From: Octopus vulgaris
Taxonomy: Eukaryota
Reading direction: 5' to 3'
DNA length: 64,000 nt
NCBI GenBank assembly: GCA_951406725.2
Contig: OX597832.1
Coordinates: 22,692,001-22,756,000 of the forward strand
The notes beneath the pieces are model-generated. The model did not search any database. It was given only the letters and a program-made list of their open reading frames with translations, and had not been told where the DNA came from. The position numbers and the translations under genes are program-made. Positions 27,542 through 40,379 of this stretch are shown in pieces (within the stretch, counting starts at the first letter, position 1; each line of letters begins with the position of its first letter).

Positions 27542-27813
27542 AGGCATAGCACTGTGGTATGATGCCTGCTGACCAACTACATGATTCGAGTTCAGTACCA
27601 CTGCATGGCACCTTTGGCAGGTGTGTTGTAAGTGGATTTGGTATACACATCTATATACTTATACATATCTATAAACATGTATATATATATACATAAATAT
27701 ATACATATAAAAATATATATTTATATACATATACATACATATATATAAATACACACGCACACACACACCCATATATATATATATATATATATATTTATTT
27801 ATTTTATAGAAGG

Positions 27814-27864
27814 AGCTTCTACAGGACTAGAACTGTTTCATTCAAAAGAAATCATCAGGAAGCT
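27814..27864 (-). ncRNA. Type I hammerhead ribozyme (mirror copy)
   Basis: Reverse complement of 27861-27911. Confidence 0.72.
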
Positions 27865-27911
27865 TCCTGATGATTTCTTTTGAATGAAACAGTTCTAGTC
27901 CTGTAGAAGCT
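27861..27911 (+). ncRNA. Type I hammerhead ribozyme
   Basis: AGCUUC CUGAUGA U UUC-UUUU-GAA U GAA ACAG-UUCUAGUC-CUGU A GAAGCU: 6-bp stem I, 4-bp stem III, GUA triplet (cut after 27905). The stem II closing pair is a U-U mismatch. Confidence 0.75.
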
Positions 27912-27992
27912 GCTTCTATAAAATAAATTAATTTACTCTGCTATGTATTGGGTACCTTATTTACTGTGGTTAACCCGACTCAACCCGGGACC

Positions 27993-28032
<40 letters not shown>

Positions 28033-28047
28033 CATAGATATATGTAT

Positions 28048-28312
28048 TGTTGTGATGAGACTTACGACTCCCCCTTGCGAGCGATATACTGGTCCGAGTA
28101 AAGTATAAGTAATAACGATCCGAGTGAGTTCAGGGTTCAGAATTTGAAGTCGAGTGAAGTTCGTGTTAGTTCACAGTGAAGTCGGAAAGTGTCATTTGGT
28201 TAGTTTAGAAGGAATATTGATTGCTGTTTCGTGAAGAGATTTGTTAGTTCTTTACATTGTTTTTACTGTTGTCTAAGTTATTTATGTATTGTACATAAAT
28301 CACGTTACAACA
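28048..28312 (+). mobile_element. LTR of a Gypsy-type retrotransposon
   Basis: TGTTGT...ACAACA termini immediately followed by a PBS. Confidence 0.85.
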
Positions 28313-28314
28313 TC

Positions 28315-28326
28315 TGGCGACGAGGA
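28315..28326 (+). promoter_or_regulatory. Primer-binding site TGGCGACGAGGA (complementary to a tRNA-Ser 3' end)
   Basis: Lies 2 nt after the LTR end and starts with TGG. This PBS is common in Mag-clade Gypsy elements. Confidence 0.8.
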
Positions 28327-28345
28327 TTTGGAAGCTCAACTAGAT

Positions 28346-29075
28346 TATGTAACAAGTTGTTTGTGATACGACTTGTTAAATAATGGAAGACCTATTAGCT
28401 TCCATAGTACAGTTGCAAAAACAACAACAAGAGCAGCAAATGGAGTTGCAGAAGCGGCTATTACAGCAACTATGACAACAACAACAACAACAACAACAAT
28501 TATTGGAACTACATTCAAAGAAGTCCAAAAATGAGACAAGTTCGTTTTCGCCAGAAGGCGTTCCGAACTCGATAAATGAATTCAGTTGTAATCCAGAGGG
28601 GGCTATAACTTTTCCAGCGTACTACAAGGAGATTTTTAAACAAGATTGTAAATAATGGTCGAACGAAGAAAACGTGAGATGGTTATTGGGAAAATTAGCT
28701 CTGGTTGAGCATGAACGTTCTGGTAATTTCATATTGCCCAAAACAACCTGATGAAAATTGTTTTAAAGAAACAATAGAATTACTGTCTCACATATCCGGT
28801 AATAAAACTTCTCTATTTAACACTCGAATGAAATGTGGGAATATAACGAAAAAAGAGAATGATTAATTTATCACATACGCAGGATGTTTGAAAATTTTAA
28901 ACCCAAATAACTTACACCTGAGATGTTCTAGTGACTTATTTTCGTACAAGGCCTTACAGCAAGCGAAGATACAGAAATTCGGGCAAGAATTCTTTTTAAA
29001 TTGAAACAAGCGAACCAAGATCCAACCTTACAATGTGTGACAGAAGCATGTCAAAGAATGGTAAATCTGAAACAT
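28346..29075 (+). pseudogene. Disrupted gag of a Gypsy (Mag-like) element
   Basis: Poly-Q tract, then FSPEGVPNSINEF...TFPAYY..IFKQDC..W....VRWLLGKL...EHER..NFILPK and LIFVQGLTASEDTEIRARIL, with stops and frameshifts. Confidence 0.7.
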
Positions 29076-29154
29076 GATGAAGAAAAATTTCAAGAAATGG
29101 ACTCCTCAAAAATACAGATATGCCGACCGGAAAAGTACAGCCATCTTTATCGAT

Positions 29155-29195
29155 GTACCTGATGAGACCCAGACTAATGGGTCGAAACGTTGTAC
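29155..29195 (+). ncRNA. Canonical minimal type I hammerhead ribozyme
   Basis: GUAC CUGAUGA GACCCA-GACUAA-UGGGUC GAAAC GUU GUAC: complete core, 6-bp stem II with G-C closing pair, palindromic ACGU stem III, GUU triplet (cut after 29191). Confidence 0.85.
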
Positions 29196-29461
29196 CCAAC
29201 ATAGTTTTAATACTGAGCCTATCTCCTGTTTTAATACTGAGCCTATCTCCATTACCCTCTCTGCCACTGCTGAGTTCCTAAAGTAGATCCAAAGGAGGTG
29301 CACCACAACTGCTGATGACAACAGGTAGTCTAAACTCTGCCGGTTCTCTACTCAACATTTAAACACACTAATCAACATAACCTTATCAGACCAAATTATT
29401 TGTTATTAATTATGACGACATCTTCAAGGCTGAATCATATAAAAGGATAAAATAATATATA

Positions 29462-29684
29462 TTCTTTTATTCTTTTATTTGTTCCAGTCATTTGACTGCG
29501 GCCATGCTGGAGTACTGCATTTAGTCGAACAAATCGACCCCAGGACTTATTCTTTTTTTAAACTGGTACTTATTCTAGCGGTCACTTTTGCCGGAGCGCT
29601 ATGTTACAGAGACGTAAACACACCGGCATCGGCTGTCAAGCGATGCTAGGAGAAGAAACACACACACACAAACATATATACACA

Positions 29685-29749
<65 letters not shown>

Positions 29750-29916
29750 TATACGACGGGTTTCTTTCAGTTTCCGTCTACCAAATCCATGCATACGTCT
29801 TTGGTTGGCCCGAGGCTATAGTAGAAGACACTTGCCCCAGGTGTCATGCATTGAGGCTGAACTCGTAACCATGTGGTTGGTAAGCAACCTACTACTACAT
29901 AACTACTCCTGTGCCT
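29462..29916 (-). mobile_element. SINE family B
   Basis: Matches the family with an expanded internal (CA)n/(TA)n. Confidence 0.88.
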
Positions 29917-30126
29917 ATATCTACATGTATATTTTCGGATTCGGTATTTTGAGAAAACAAAAATAGGTTACTACATGTGGAACACGTGTCGAAGTGTGAC
30001 AAGTCTTCACAGAAAAATAAAGAACGTCAGATATAAAATAAGATTTCAATATCTCCCAGCTTTATTACTAATTAAACATAGAATTGGTAACCAAAACTCT
30101 CGCAGACACAGAAACTGTTAATGTTT

Positions 30127-30371
30127 ATTCTTTTTACTCTTTTAGTTGTTTCAGTCATTTTACTGTGGCTATGCTGTAGCACCGCCTTTAGTCGAGCAAA
30201 TCGACCCCAGGACTTATTCTTTGTAAGCCTAGTACTTATTCTATAGGTATCTTTTGCCGAACCGCTAAGTGACGGGGACTTAATCACACCAGCATCGATT
30301 GTCAAGCGATGTTGGGGGGACAAACACAGACATACAAACATACACACTCACACACACAAATATATATATAC

Positions 30372-30470
<99 letters not shown>

Positions 30471-30646
30471 CATAAATATATATACATATATACGACGGGC
30501 TTCTTTCAGTTTCCGTCTACCAAATCCACTCACAAGGCTTTGGTCGGTCCGAGACTATAGTAGAAGACACTTGCCCAAGGTGCCACGCAGTGGGACTGAA
30601 CCCGGAACCATGTGGTTCGTAAGCAAGTTGCTTACCACACAGCCAC
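30127..30646 (-). mobile_element. SINE family B
   Basis: Matches the family with a long internal (TA)n. Confidence 0.9.
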
Positions 30647-31890
30647 ATCTTTTAATCAATTCTTGCAGTTTTAAAGATGAGTACTGCAAACAACGAAATC
30701 CCTGATAAGCGAAACGATAGCATGGTCACGTTTGGAATATATTTGAGCAAAGAAGTTTCTCAATCAGGACCGAAGCAGGGTTAAACAACTAATGAACGAT
30801 AAGTGACAGGACACGTATAATAAAATATAATTATGGACATTATCTGATAACCTATCAAATGCTTAATTTGCGAGAACATAGGTGAAAACGGAAAGAATAT
30901 TTGAAAGTGAGGTTGAATTATATTGAAAAGAAAATAATTATTGAATGAAATACATTTTTGGATCAGGGGGGATAATACAAATCTAAGAATAATTGGCAAC
31001 ACACTAATGCGGGGATGACATTTTAAAATAAAGAGTAAGAAATCGGGAAATTAGATTTATTCATTATTACAAACGTACGTAACAGGAAGGTGAAATTAAC
31101 TTGTTCATTATGTCTAAAAGTTTACTCCGGAAAATTTTAATGGTGGGAAAATATTGCTGAAAAATAATAATTAAATAAAATTCCTACACTAAAGATTAAA
31201 GAAAGACAAAGATAAAGCAAGAGATAATGTTGTTGTTTTTGGAACACAATGATATTTTTTGAAGAAAAATAAAGTTAAAGAAAAAAAAGATATTACATTG
31301 GTTTGAATTTTTCTGGCATCCTTTAGTTTAACCAGAAACCTGTTGACTGTAAATCATAATATTCAACTCATTTTGTAACAAAAAAAAAATAATAATATTT
31401 ATACAGAAATCCTATAAGAGAGAGAGAGAGAGAGAGAGAGGATGGTGGGGTTGAAAGCGTTCCACAGTCCATTATTTCCTTAAACGAACTAAAATGTTAG
31501 CGTGTCGCACCAGCTGAGTTCCATAATTAACTTTAAAGAAAGAAACATAAAAACAAATGTATAAAAAGTAAATAAAGATATGAGAAACGTATCGAAATGA
31601 AACGAAATTAAAATAATCTCTGATTAACTGAACGGATGCAATATAATAATATACCTTATCAGGCATCCATCTTCATATCAAATGGTCTTTGTGTTCTAAA
31701 ACATAGAGTTGCCGTTAGATACAACAATAAATCCGTCAGGTGAATGCCGTATGATATCACGTAAGCCGAGGCATTGTTAAAATAACGAAACGGTTTCTAA
31801 TTTCACTATCAATATTTAATTCAATTCACTTAATTTTTTTTTGTGTTATGTTCTCAGCGGAAATTCAAAATATTTATAGTTCTACTACAC

Positions 31891-32110
31891 CAAGGTGGCG
31901 AACTGGCAGAATCGTTAGCACGTCGGACAAAATGCTTAGCGGCATTTCCTCCGGTTCTTTACGTTCTGAGTTCAAATCCCGCCGGCATCAACTTTAACTC
32001 ACATTCGTTCGTTGTCGATAAAATAAAATACCACTCAAGTAACTAGAGACCATGTAATCAGTTAGACCCTTTCTCCCTAAAATTGTTGGATTTTAGCCCA
32101 AATTTTAGGC
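31891..32110 (+). mobile_element. Diverged SINE family A
   Basis: AAGGTGGCGAACTGGCAGAATCGTTAGCA head and GAGTTCAAATCC B box. Confidence 0.75.
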
Positions 32111-32224
32111 AATTATTAACTTTAAATTCGCTTCCTTTGCTTTCCTGCAAGAAATTCGCAATGTTTTTAATTCTACAACCATTCAACACAATTGTGAGCA
32201 CGTCGCACATAATGCTTAGCGATC

Positions 32225-32526
32225 TATCGGGTTCTTTTGCCGAACCACTAAGTTACGGGGACATAAGCACACTAGCATCGGTTGTCAAGCGATTTTTTTT
32301 TTGGGGGGGGGGCAAACACAGACACACAAACATACACGCACACATACATATATATACATATACATATATACGACGGGCTTCTTTCAGTTTCCGTCAACCA
32401 AATCCACTCACAAGGCTTTGGTCGGCCCGAGGCTATAGTAGAAGACACTTGCCGAAGGTGCCACACAGTGGGAGTGAACATAGAACCATTTGGTTGGTAG
32501 GCAAGCTACTTACTACACAGCCACTC
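32225..32526 (-). mobile_element. SINE family B lacking its 3' tail
   Basis: Matches family B from the head to CGGCAAAAGA. Confidence 0.85.
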
Positions 32527-33598
32527 TCTATACATCTTGGCGAAAAAGAAATAACTGAAAAATGTTTACTTTTATACTTATATTCTGAATTACTTCGGAT
32601 TTTATATTTTGCGGTGAAATTTCATATTCAATTATTTCTAAAACTCCATAAATATGTTAATTAATGTTCCAGAATGCTACATTGCCTGCAAGAGACGGTG
32701 AAAATAATATTTGTAACTGAATTTTAATGCGTTATGGAAATGAAAATCACCATTTCTTATCTACGATTTCTTTCCCTCGGCATAATTTTGGTAAATCGCT
32801 TATTGACATCGTTCGTTCGTTTACATTCGGTTAATGTAAGAAATTATTGAAAATATGAGAAAAATATTTCACGCTTTGAATATGTAATTTTGCATCTTGT
32901 TCATATATGTAGCCTTGTTTATCGTTGATTCGTTTATTCTTCACTGTTCCCTGATAATACACTACACTCAAATGTAGTGCTTATCATGAATTGATCTGTG
33001 ATATCACGGGTCAGCGTGTTTGTACTATAGAAACTTTCCCGAGATAGCACCTACAATCCTTAGCTATTCAGAAACCACTGACTATTGCTTGTGTTTACAT
33101 CACCGTGCATTAAAGCGGCGTCTTTTGGTATGGATTTACGTACCCGCATCCATCTACATCAGAGCAGTAAATAGAAAAATAATGACGGTGCCTGATAGTA
33201 GCAAATAACTCAGACTAGTGTCTTCTCTACCTGTAAAAGTAGTTACGATTGAGAGAATACTCACTTATTTCCGTCTTCCGTGTAGTATTTCAATTATAAA
33301 TTTGAGAGTACTACTAATCAAAATACAAATTCGACCAAGCGACACCGAATAGCTAATATCCAAAAACCTTTACCTGCGTGAAATAAAAGTATTGCTGTCT
33401 GGGAGATATCTTATGATAGTGGAATAGTATTTAACTGCTATTTCTAAATTCCGGGATGTGGTGAAGCAATTTGCTGAACCCTAATTATAATTATGCTTAT
33501 AATCATAGAACTTTTGTATAAGGTTATCGATAAAGATTTTTTTAACATACCGAACTACTTAGTAAAATCATTAATTATTAATTAATTAATTTTACCCT

Positions 33599-33674
<76 letters not shown>

Positions 33675-33691
33675 CATTATTATTATTATTA

Positions 33692-34152
33692 TGTTTGACT
33701 TTTGCTTTATATTTGTACAAGTTGGCTCCAAGTCTCACCCGGGGACCTCAAGAGACAACAGGTTGGAAGTTCACGTTGTTGTTATGCCTAGTGTGCCATA
33801 TATTTGGGGTTTTTTTGTGTTGTACTAGTGGATGTCTAAAAAATAAAAAAAAATTTTAATGTTTGTTTTAAACCTTGAGATTACATAGAAAGTATTTTGC
33901 GTAGGATATGAGCAGTTCCCATAAGCACTATCTTTTTAATTTCTGCCATTTTGGGGTTTCCTGGTATCTGAGTTAGGTAGTAATCAGCCCCTTTTGCTAT
34001 CATTCCCAGGGCACCTATGACAACAGGTATTGTTTTAGTCTTCAGGATCCACATTATGCTGATTTCTATTTCAAGATTTTTATATTTGCTCAGTTTTTGG
34101 TAGGTCTTGACAGATACGTTTATATCGATTGGGACAGTCATATCAATGAGGA
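33692..34152 (-). mobile_element. Dong/R4-clade non-LTR retrotransposon 3' end (restriction-like endonuclease C-terminus and 3' UTR) inserted in (TAA)n
   Basis: LIDMTVPIDINVSVKTYQKLSKYKNL...KTKTIPVVIGALG...VLMGTAHILRKILSM, with (TTA)n on both sides. Confidence 0.88.
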
Positions 34153-34188
<36 letters not shown>

Positions 34189-34756
34189 ATCAAAATAGAG
34201 CTACCAATTGTTTCATGCTACTGGAACTTTTCACGAGGCTGATTTTTGTTCAGTACCGTGTGTCTCCAAGCGATCTTCAATCACGGACACATGGTATAGA
34301 CAAAAGTACGCTATGAAATCTAACTAACCACGGACTCATTCACAAGCAACTATGAATGAAAAGTTCTTAGTTTGATGTAATTTACATAAGATGATATTTA
34401 TTTTTCATTGGACAGAGTATATTTTTTGTTGATCCTATTTGAACGGAATAGCAAATAGTATGTACACACATTCTCAAACAAACACACACAGACATGCACA
34501 CACATACGCACGCACACACACACACACACACACACACAAGCGAAACACACACATGTAGAGAGAGAGAGTACGTCTTTGAAGAGAGTAATCGCAAGCGCTC
34601 ACACACATTAGGAAAAAACCTCTCCCCCAAAAGGTTAGTGACATTCTGAAAAACGATTTTATAACTTTTTTAAAAAACAATTTAGAAAAAAAAGTCCCCC
34701 TTATACTCAAGAACTGTAATAAATAATTTTCAAAATGACTTTCAAATATATATATA

Positions 34757-34813
<57 letters not shown>

Positions 34814-34944
34814 TGACTATTTATTTTTCATGTACTTTATTGATTTTTAGAATAATGTTTTTTATAGTATATTTAACTTTTTCTACATGGTGTGAATAAC
34901 GTTTTTCACTACTGAATTGCTTAATAGAGATTTTTCTCTAAATC

Positions 34945-35018
<74 letters not shown>

Positions 35019-35485
35019 ACATATGTATACATACATGTACTTTTGTACGTACGCATGTATGTATGTATGTATGTATGCATGTATGTGTGTATGCATACAT
35101 ACATACATACATATATATGTGCACGTATGTATGTAGGCATATATATGTATATATATATATATTGCCCCACTGTATCCCAGGTTAATTGTGTTTTACTTGT
35201 CAAGTATATTTTGGAAATTTTTATACCTATGTGAATTATTTCTTTACAACAGTATATCCTGTAACATCTCGGATATTTCCTATCTATGTCAAGTATTGAG
35301 TTGAGTGTGAAATCACTCGACCTTCTCTTTTTTTTTCTATGTAACGCAAGAATTCACAAAGAATAAAAACATCCCAGAACACTTCATCAGACGTCAAATA
35401 TATTTGAAATATCTACTTCGGATGTCTCTTACTTTAATTTATTTAGTTTTTATCACGTTATACATACGTACATACATATGTATGC

Positions 35486-35545
<60 letters not shown>

Positions 35546-35613
35546 TTTCGCATGTATGTATAAAGTTATAAAAACTAAATAAAAGAGGCATTCGAAGTAG
35601 TTGTTTATATTTA

Positions 35614-35644
<31 letters not shown>

Positions 35645-36345
35645 TTACACATACATACATATATATATATATGCATGTATATATGTATGTGCTTATATAT
35701 ATATATACATATATATATATATAATTTCATTTTATTATATATTCCTCCGTGTAATATAACTTCGTTTAAATTATTATTTATATGTTTTTATGTTGTATAT
35801 TAAAGAGATCCTCTCTAGAGATTTCTTTTTTAAATTTTTAAATTTTTATACAAGCTATCAATCATTTTAAGCAATTTTCTTTAAAGAAAATGCTACGAAT
35901 AGTCAATATCCTAACCGCGTATTCTCTTGATAGTGCATTTAACATTAACTCTTGTAAATTCTACAAAACCTGCTCTAAAAATCTACGCCAGAGTTAATGC
36001 TGAAATATAATCTCAACATCTTAGAAGACAAACTGTGACCATTCCATGAAATAATTTTCTACCGGCTAAACTCAAATAGATTTGTTCTATTCTTATCATC
36101 GGATTTATAATTTCCGGTCACAATTGTATGTTATCGTCTGTCTGAACTGCTGGAATCGAGACTATTTCCAGATTTTAAAGGAAATCATTCTTTGCGCAAC
36201 TCTATAATCTCGAACTTTTGTACAAATTACAAGGAAACAAATTACAATGAAACATACAGTTTCGACCTTGAATCTACTTTGAAATTAATGTCTGACAATT
36301 AAAAAAACCGGAAGTGAAACTTACACATACCCGCAGTCATTTGGT

Positions 36346-36590
36346 GAAGGCATGCGACCTTTTGATTAGCATTGTTACACTCACGATCGCAAGATCGTGT
36401 TTTCGATTCCCGAACCAGGTAGTGTGCTTTGTTCTTGAGCAAAACATTCCGTTTTATATTATTCCAGTCTGCTCGACTGGCAAAAATGTGTAACTCTGCT
36501 AGGGACTGGCGTTTCATCCAAGAGGAATGTTTTGACCTCGTCCACTTATACACCAGGGAAACCGACTCGCTCGCCGTATGAGACTCCGGA
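36346..36590 (+). mobile_element. Old tRNA-derived SINE with Deu/V-like central domain
   Basis: TTCGATTCCC B-box-like motif, then TTCTTGAGCAAAACA and GGACTGGCGTTTCATCCA, followed by an (ATG)n-rich tail. Confidence 0.45.
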
Positions 36591-36660
36591 TTCGAAACAT
36601 AAATGCCTATGATATAATGATGATAAAAATGGTGATCACGAAGGGGATGATAATGATGAA

Positions 36661-37059
36661 GATTATCATCATCACCACGAAATGCGGTATTTCATCTATC
36701 TTTATGTTCTGTGTTCAATTTCGACCAAAGTCGACTTTGCCTTTCATCCTTTCGGGGTCGATAAATTAAGTACCAGTTGCGTACTAGGGTCGATCTCATC
36801 GACTGGCCACTTACCCCCAAATTTTGAGCCTTGTACCAAGAGCAGAAACGGATTATCATCATCACCACGAAATGCGGTATTTCATCTATCTTTATGTTCT
36901 GTGTTCAATTTCGACCAAAGTCGACTTTGCCCTTTCATCCTTTCGGGGTCGATAAATTAAGTACCAGTTGCGTACTAGGGTCGATCTCATCGACTGGCCA
37001 CTTACCCCCAAATTTTGAGCCTTGTACCAAGAGCAGAAACGGATTATCATCATCACCAC
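36661..37059 (+). repeat. Near-perfect 190-bp tandem duplication of a headless SINE family A variant
   Basis: Units 36661-36850 and 36851-37041 differ by about one indel. GATTATCATCATCACCAC occurs three times. Confidence 0.92.
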
Positions 37060-38073
37060 CACCACTACCACTACAATCACAACCATAATCATTATCCTCA
37101 TCATCATCAGCATCATTATCAGTTGCAACATTATCATTTGAATTTTATTCAGTTAGACTTTCTTTTATTTTCCCTTTATCGTTTACTTGTTTTAGTTACT
37201 GGACTGCGGCCATACTGGGGCACAACCTTGAAGTCTTTAATCGAACAAATGAATCGATTTTTTTTATTTTTATCTCCTTAAAGTTACTTCCTTATTCTAA
37301 CGCTTACATTTGCTGAACAGCTAAGTTACAATGATGTAAAAAATGAAAAACAACCATCGGTTGTCAAGCAGTGATGGGTGAGACACAGACATAAAACAGA
37401 GACACAAAACGTACACACATATACATGAGGCTTCCACACAGTTTCCGGCTTCCAGATTTAGAAGCAATAACAGTAGAAGACACTTGCTCAAGGTATCGTG
37501 TAGAGATACGGAACCTGAAACTAAGTGTCTGCCAAGCGAACTTCCTAACTACAGAGCCCTGACTGCGCCTTATTTTCCAGGTGATTTTAAATTTACTGTT
37601 TATGATGACTCAAAGGGTCTTTTGCAATTAAGGCTCCACGTAATTCCCATAAACGCAATCCAACAAAACTCTCTCTATCAACCTTAATTGGTTTGAAATT
37701 AGCAGAGGGGGCGAAAAAGTGATTTAAATACCATCAGCACTTATCGATTTCTGAACCCAAATGGGTTCTTTATTCTTTTCTGTCAGAGTGTCTAATAAAA
37801 GCGACTGTTTATTTTCCCTCCGTTCTTCTTGCTGTCATTTAAGTAGGACCTCTTTATATGGCCACTAAAGTGCCATTAGGAGGTGCATTGTTTGTGAATA
37901 AATATACGAAGTCATTTTCGAATGCATTTAAATAGTCTTGCTGTGAGGCAAGGGAACCATGGTGACTTACTAAGGCAGAGGGAGATACAGAGATTGATAA
38001 ACTGATAGATCGATATAGTGATATATAGTTAAATAAATAGATAGTAATATGTATATACACGTATGTATATATG

Positions 38074-38153
<80 letters not shown>

Positions 38154-38179
38154 GTATATATTTATTACTTATATTATTA

Positions 38180-38748
38180 TATGATTGAAAGCCACGCATC
38201 CTCTTCCAAGTAAGTTTTATCTTAATAATTCTGATGCTCACTCTATACGATCTTTTTACTCTTTTGTACTTCTCTCTTTTTCTCTCTCTTATTCTTTTAC
38301 CGCCTCTTCTCCCACTATTCTATCCTATTACCCTGTCACTCTCTCCCCCTTACTCCTCTTCCCATGCTCACGTGGCTCCCATGTGACCATTGGCCTTCTT
38401 TCTTTCTTTCTCTCTCTCCGTTGTAGCTGGAACAAGGAAGGCATGTTCTTGTTTGTCTCCTGTCCTAGCTTCATTTAGGCGTTCGCCACCACAACCTCGT
38501 TTAAGCTTAGCAGCCCTTCCTGTTTGTTTTCACTGTCCTGCTTGTGCTACCTATTTTGACACTCCGCAAAATCCCAAATTTTATTTCATTTGCTTTGCGG
38601 GATTGTTGTTAAATGTTCGAAATACGAGACTAGAAAAATAGCTAGCAACTGATGAAGCGTCGTCCTTTATGTAGTTTGTTTTGTTTTCCATTTCTGTTTT
38701 TTTTGTTGTTGTTCTTAAGTATAGTTCATGTCCCATGTACTCGCACGA
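38180..38748 (+). mobile_element. (TA)n-flanked unclassified element, same family as 47080-47700
   Basis: CACTGTCCTG...CTCCGCAAAAT...TTTGCTTTGCGGGA...CAACTGATGAAG is matched in reverse complement at 47160-47330. Confidence 0.65.
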
Positions 38749-38799
38749 ATATATATATATATATTCGTATAGATATATGTACATATACGTATGTATATA

Positions 38800-38842
<43 letters not shown>

Positions 38843-39127
38843 GTATAAATATTATATATATATATATATATATTCTTTTATTTGTTTCAATCACGTGACT
38901 GCGGCCATGCTGGAGCACAGCCATAAGCGCATAAATATAATAAATCAAACGAAGAAAAAGACCATTTCATTCGAAGGGTTGTAAAACATTCAATTCTCAC
39001 TGGTACATCCGTTGAATACCACAAATAACAAATTGTTAGCTTTATATTTGTTTTAATAATTTGTTATATTATGTTATATTATAATGTAAATAAATTTTTA
39101 GTATGTCAATTGTATTACTCTAGTTAA

Positions 39128-39192
<65 letters not shown>

Positions 39193-39229
39193 TATATATA
39201 TATATATATATATAAATGTATATATACCC

Positions 39230-39405
39230 TTCTCCCCAGCTCTCCTCTGTGACCCTTCAGTCCGGCATTCGCCATGATAGATCGCTAGCCACTACACATT
39301 CCTTATTTTCTCTCCTTGTTTCTTTCTGTGGAAGAGCGTGGGCTTGAAATGTTAAAGATTTTTTAACTACCCGAGCGATATACTAACCTGTCTTCGTCTT
39401 TTGTG
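39230..39405 (+). mobile_element. Decayed copy of the 6138-6342 family with a degenerate hammerhead (39321-39358)
   Basis: TCTTT CTGTGGA A GAGC GTGG GCTT GAAAT GTT AAAGA, followed by CCTGTCTTCGTCTTTTG. Confidence 0.55.
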
Positions 39406-39484
39406 GGGGATGCTGGTGACAGGAGAAAGGTAAATAGGATAGGTAGATAGACAGATTAATAAAAAGATATATGGATTGATAGAT

Positions 39485-39525
<41 letters not shown>

Positions 39526-39597
39526 CGGAGGTTATGAGACAGTAACATCGCGAAACGGACAAATAAACAGATAAATAAATAGACTGATGGAGATAAG

Positions 39598-39658
<61 letters not shown>

Positions 39659-39765
39659 GCATGTAAAATATGATAGAGACTTATCGTTTTAATCCTGGAC
39701 CCAAATTGCCGAAAATGCGTTTGCTGGTATAATACACCAGAAATTTAGTAGATATATATATATGG

Positions 39766-39818
<53 letters not shown>

Positions 39819-40285
39819 TAATAATTTGCACATTTTGCCGCAGGTCACAAAATTACACGTTATATTCTGCATACGATATAGCTATTAGGAAAAGTGCGAT
39901 ATACTCGGCTTAAAGATCGTCAACTATAATTAGTCCTTTATAGATAACTCTAATTATGAAAGGTTAAGCAAATGGATTTCAATTGCCATATGAGTGCATA
40001 GAATAATTAAATAGATAATTATGTGTTCGTCCGTCATTTTTATGCGTAGAATGAAATTATCTTCACTGCCATTTACGTAATGATACGAGAGAGAATTGAG
40101 AGGAAATCGAAAAGAAAAATGTATTTGGAGCAGTAAATTATTAAAAGATGATTGAATAATTTATTCCTATGCATATGCAGTAGCACGGATGTGTGGTCAA
40201 GAAGACCACTTGCCAGCCATGAGGTATCAAGTTAGATCCCACTGCTTGGTGATTCGGTAGACGGAAGCTATGTGGAAGCCCGTTG

Positions 40286-40355
<70 letters not shown>

Positions 40356-40379
40356 CGTAATTATATGCATACATACATG

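Larger units (their letters stand above)
27798..27927. repeat. Spacer-less palindrome of about 130 bp centred on AAGCTT (27860-27865), inside a (TA)n-flanked element that extends to about 27996
   Basis: The arms are reverse complements with a single mismatch. Confidence 0.93.

Noticed and set aside
28749-28775. CTGATGA...GAAAC inside gag
   Set aside because: No credible stem II, stem III or stem I. It lies in decayed coding sequence.
30669-30784. Acceptor followed by short [18 protein letters not shown]...
   Set aside because: Only 35 codons, no recognisable homology and a weak donor.
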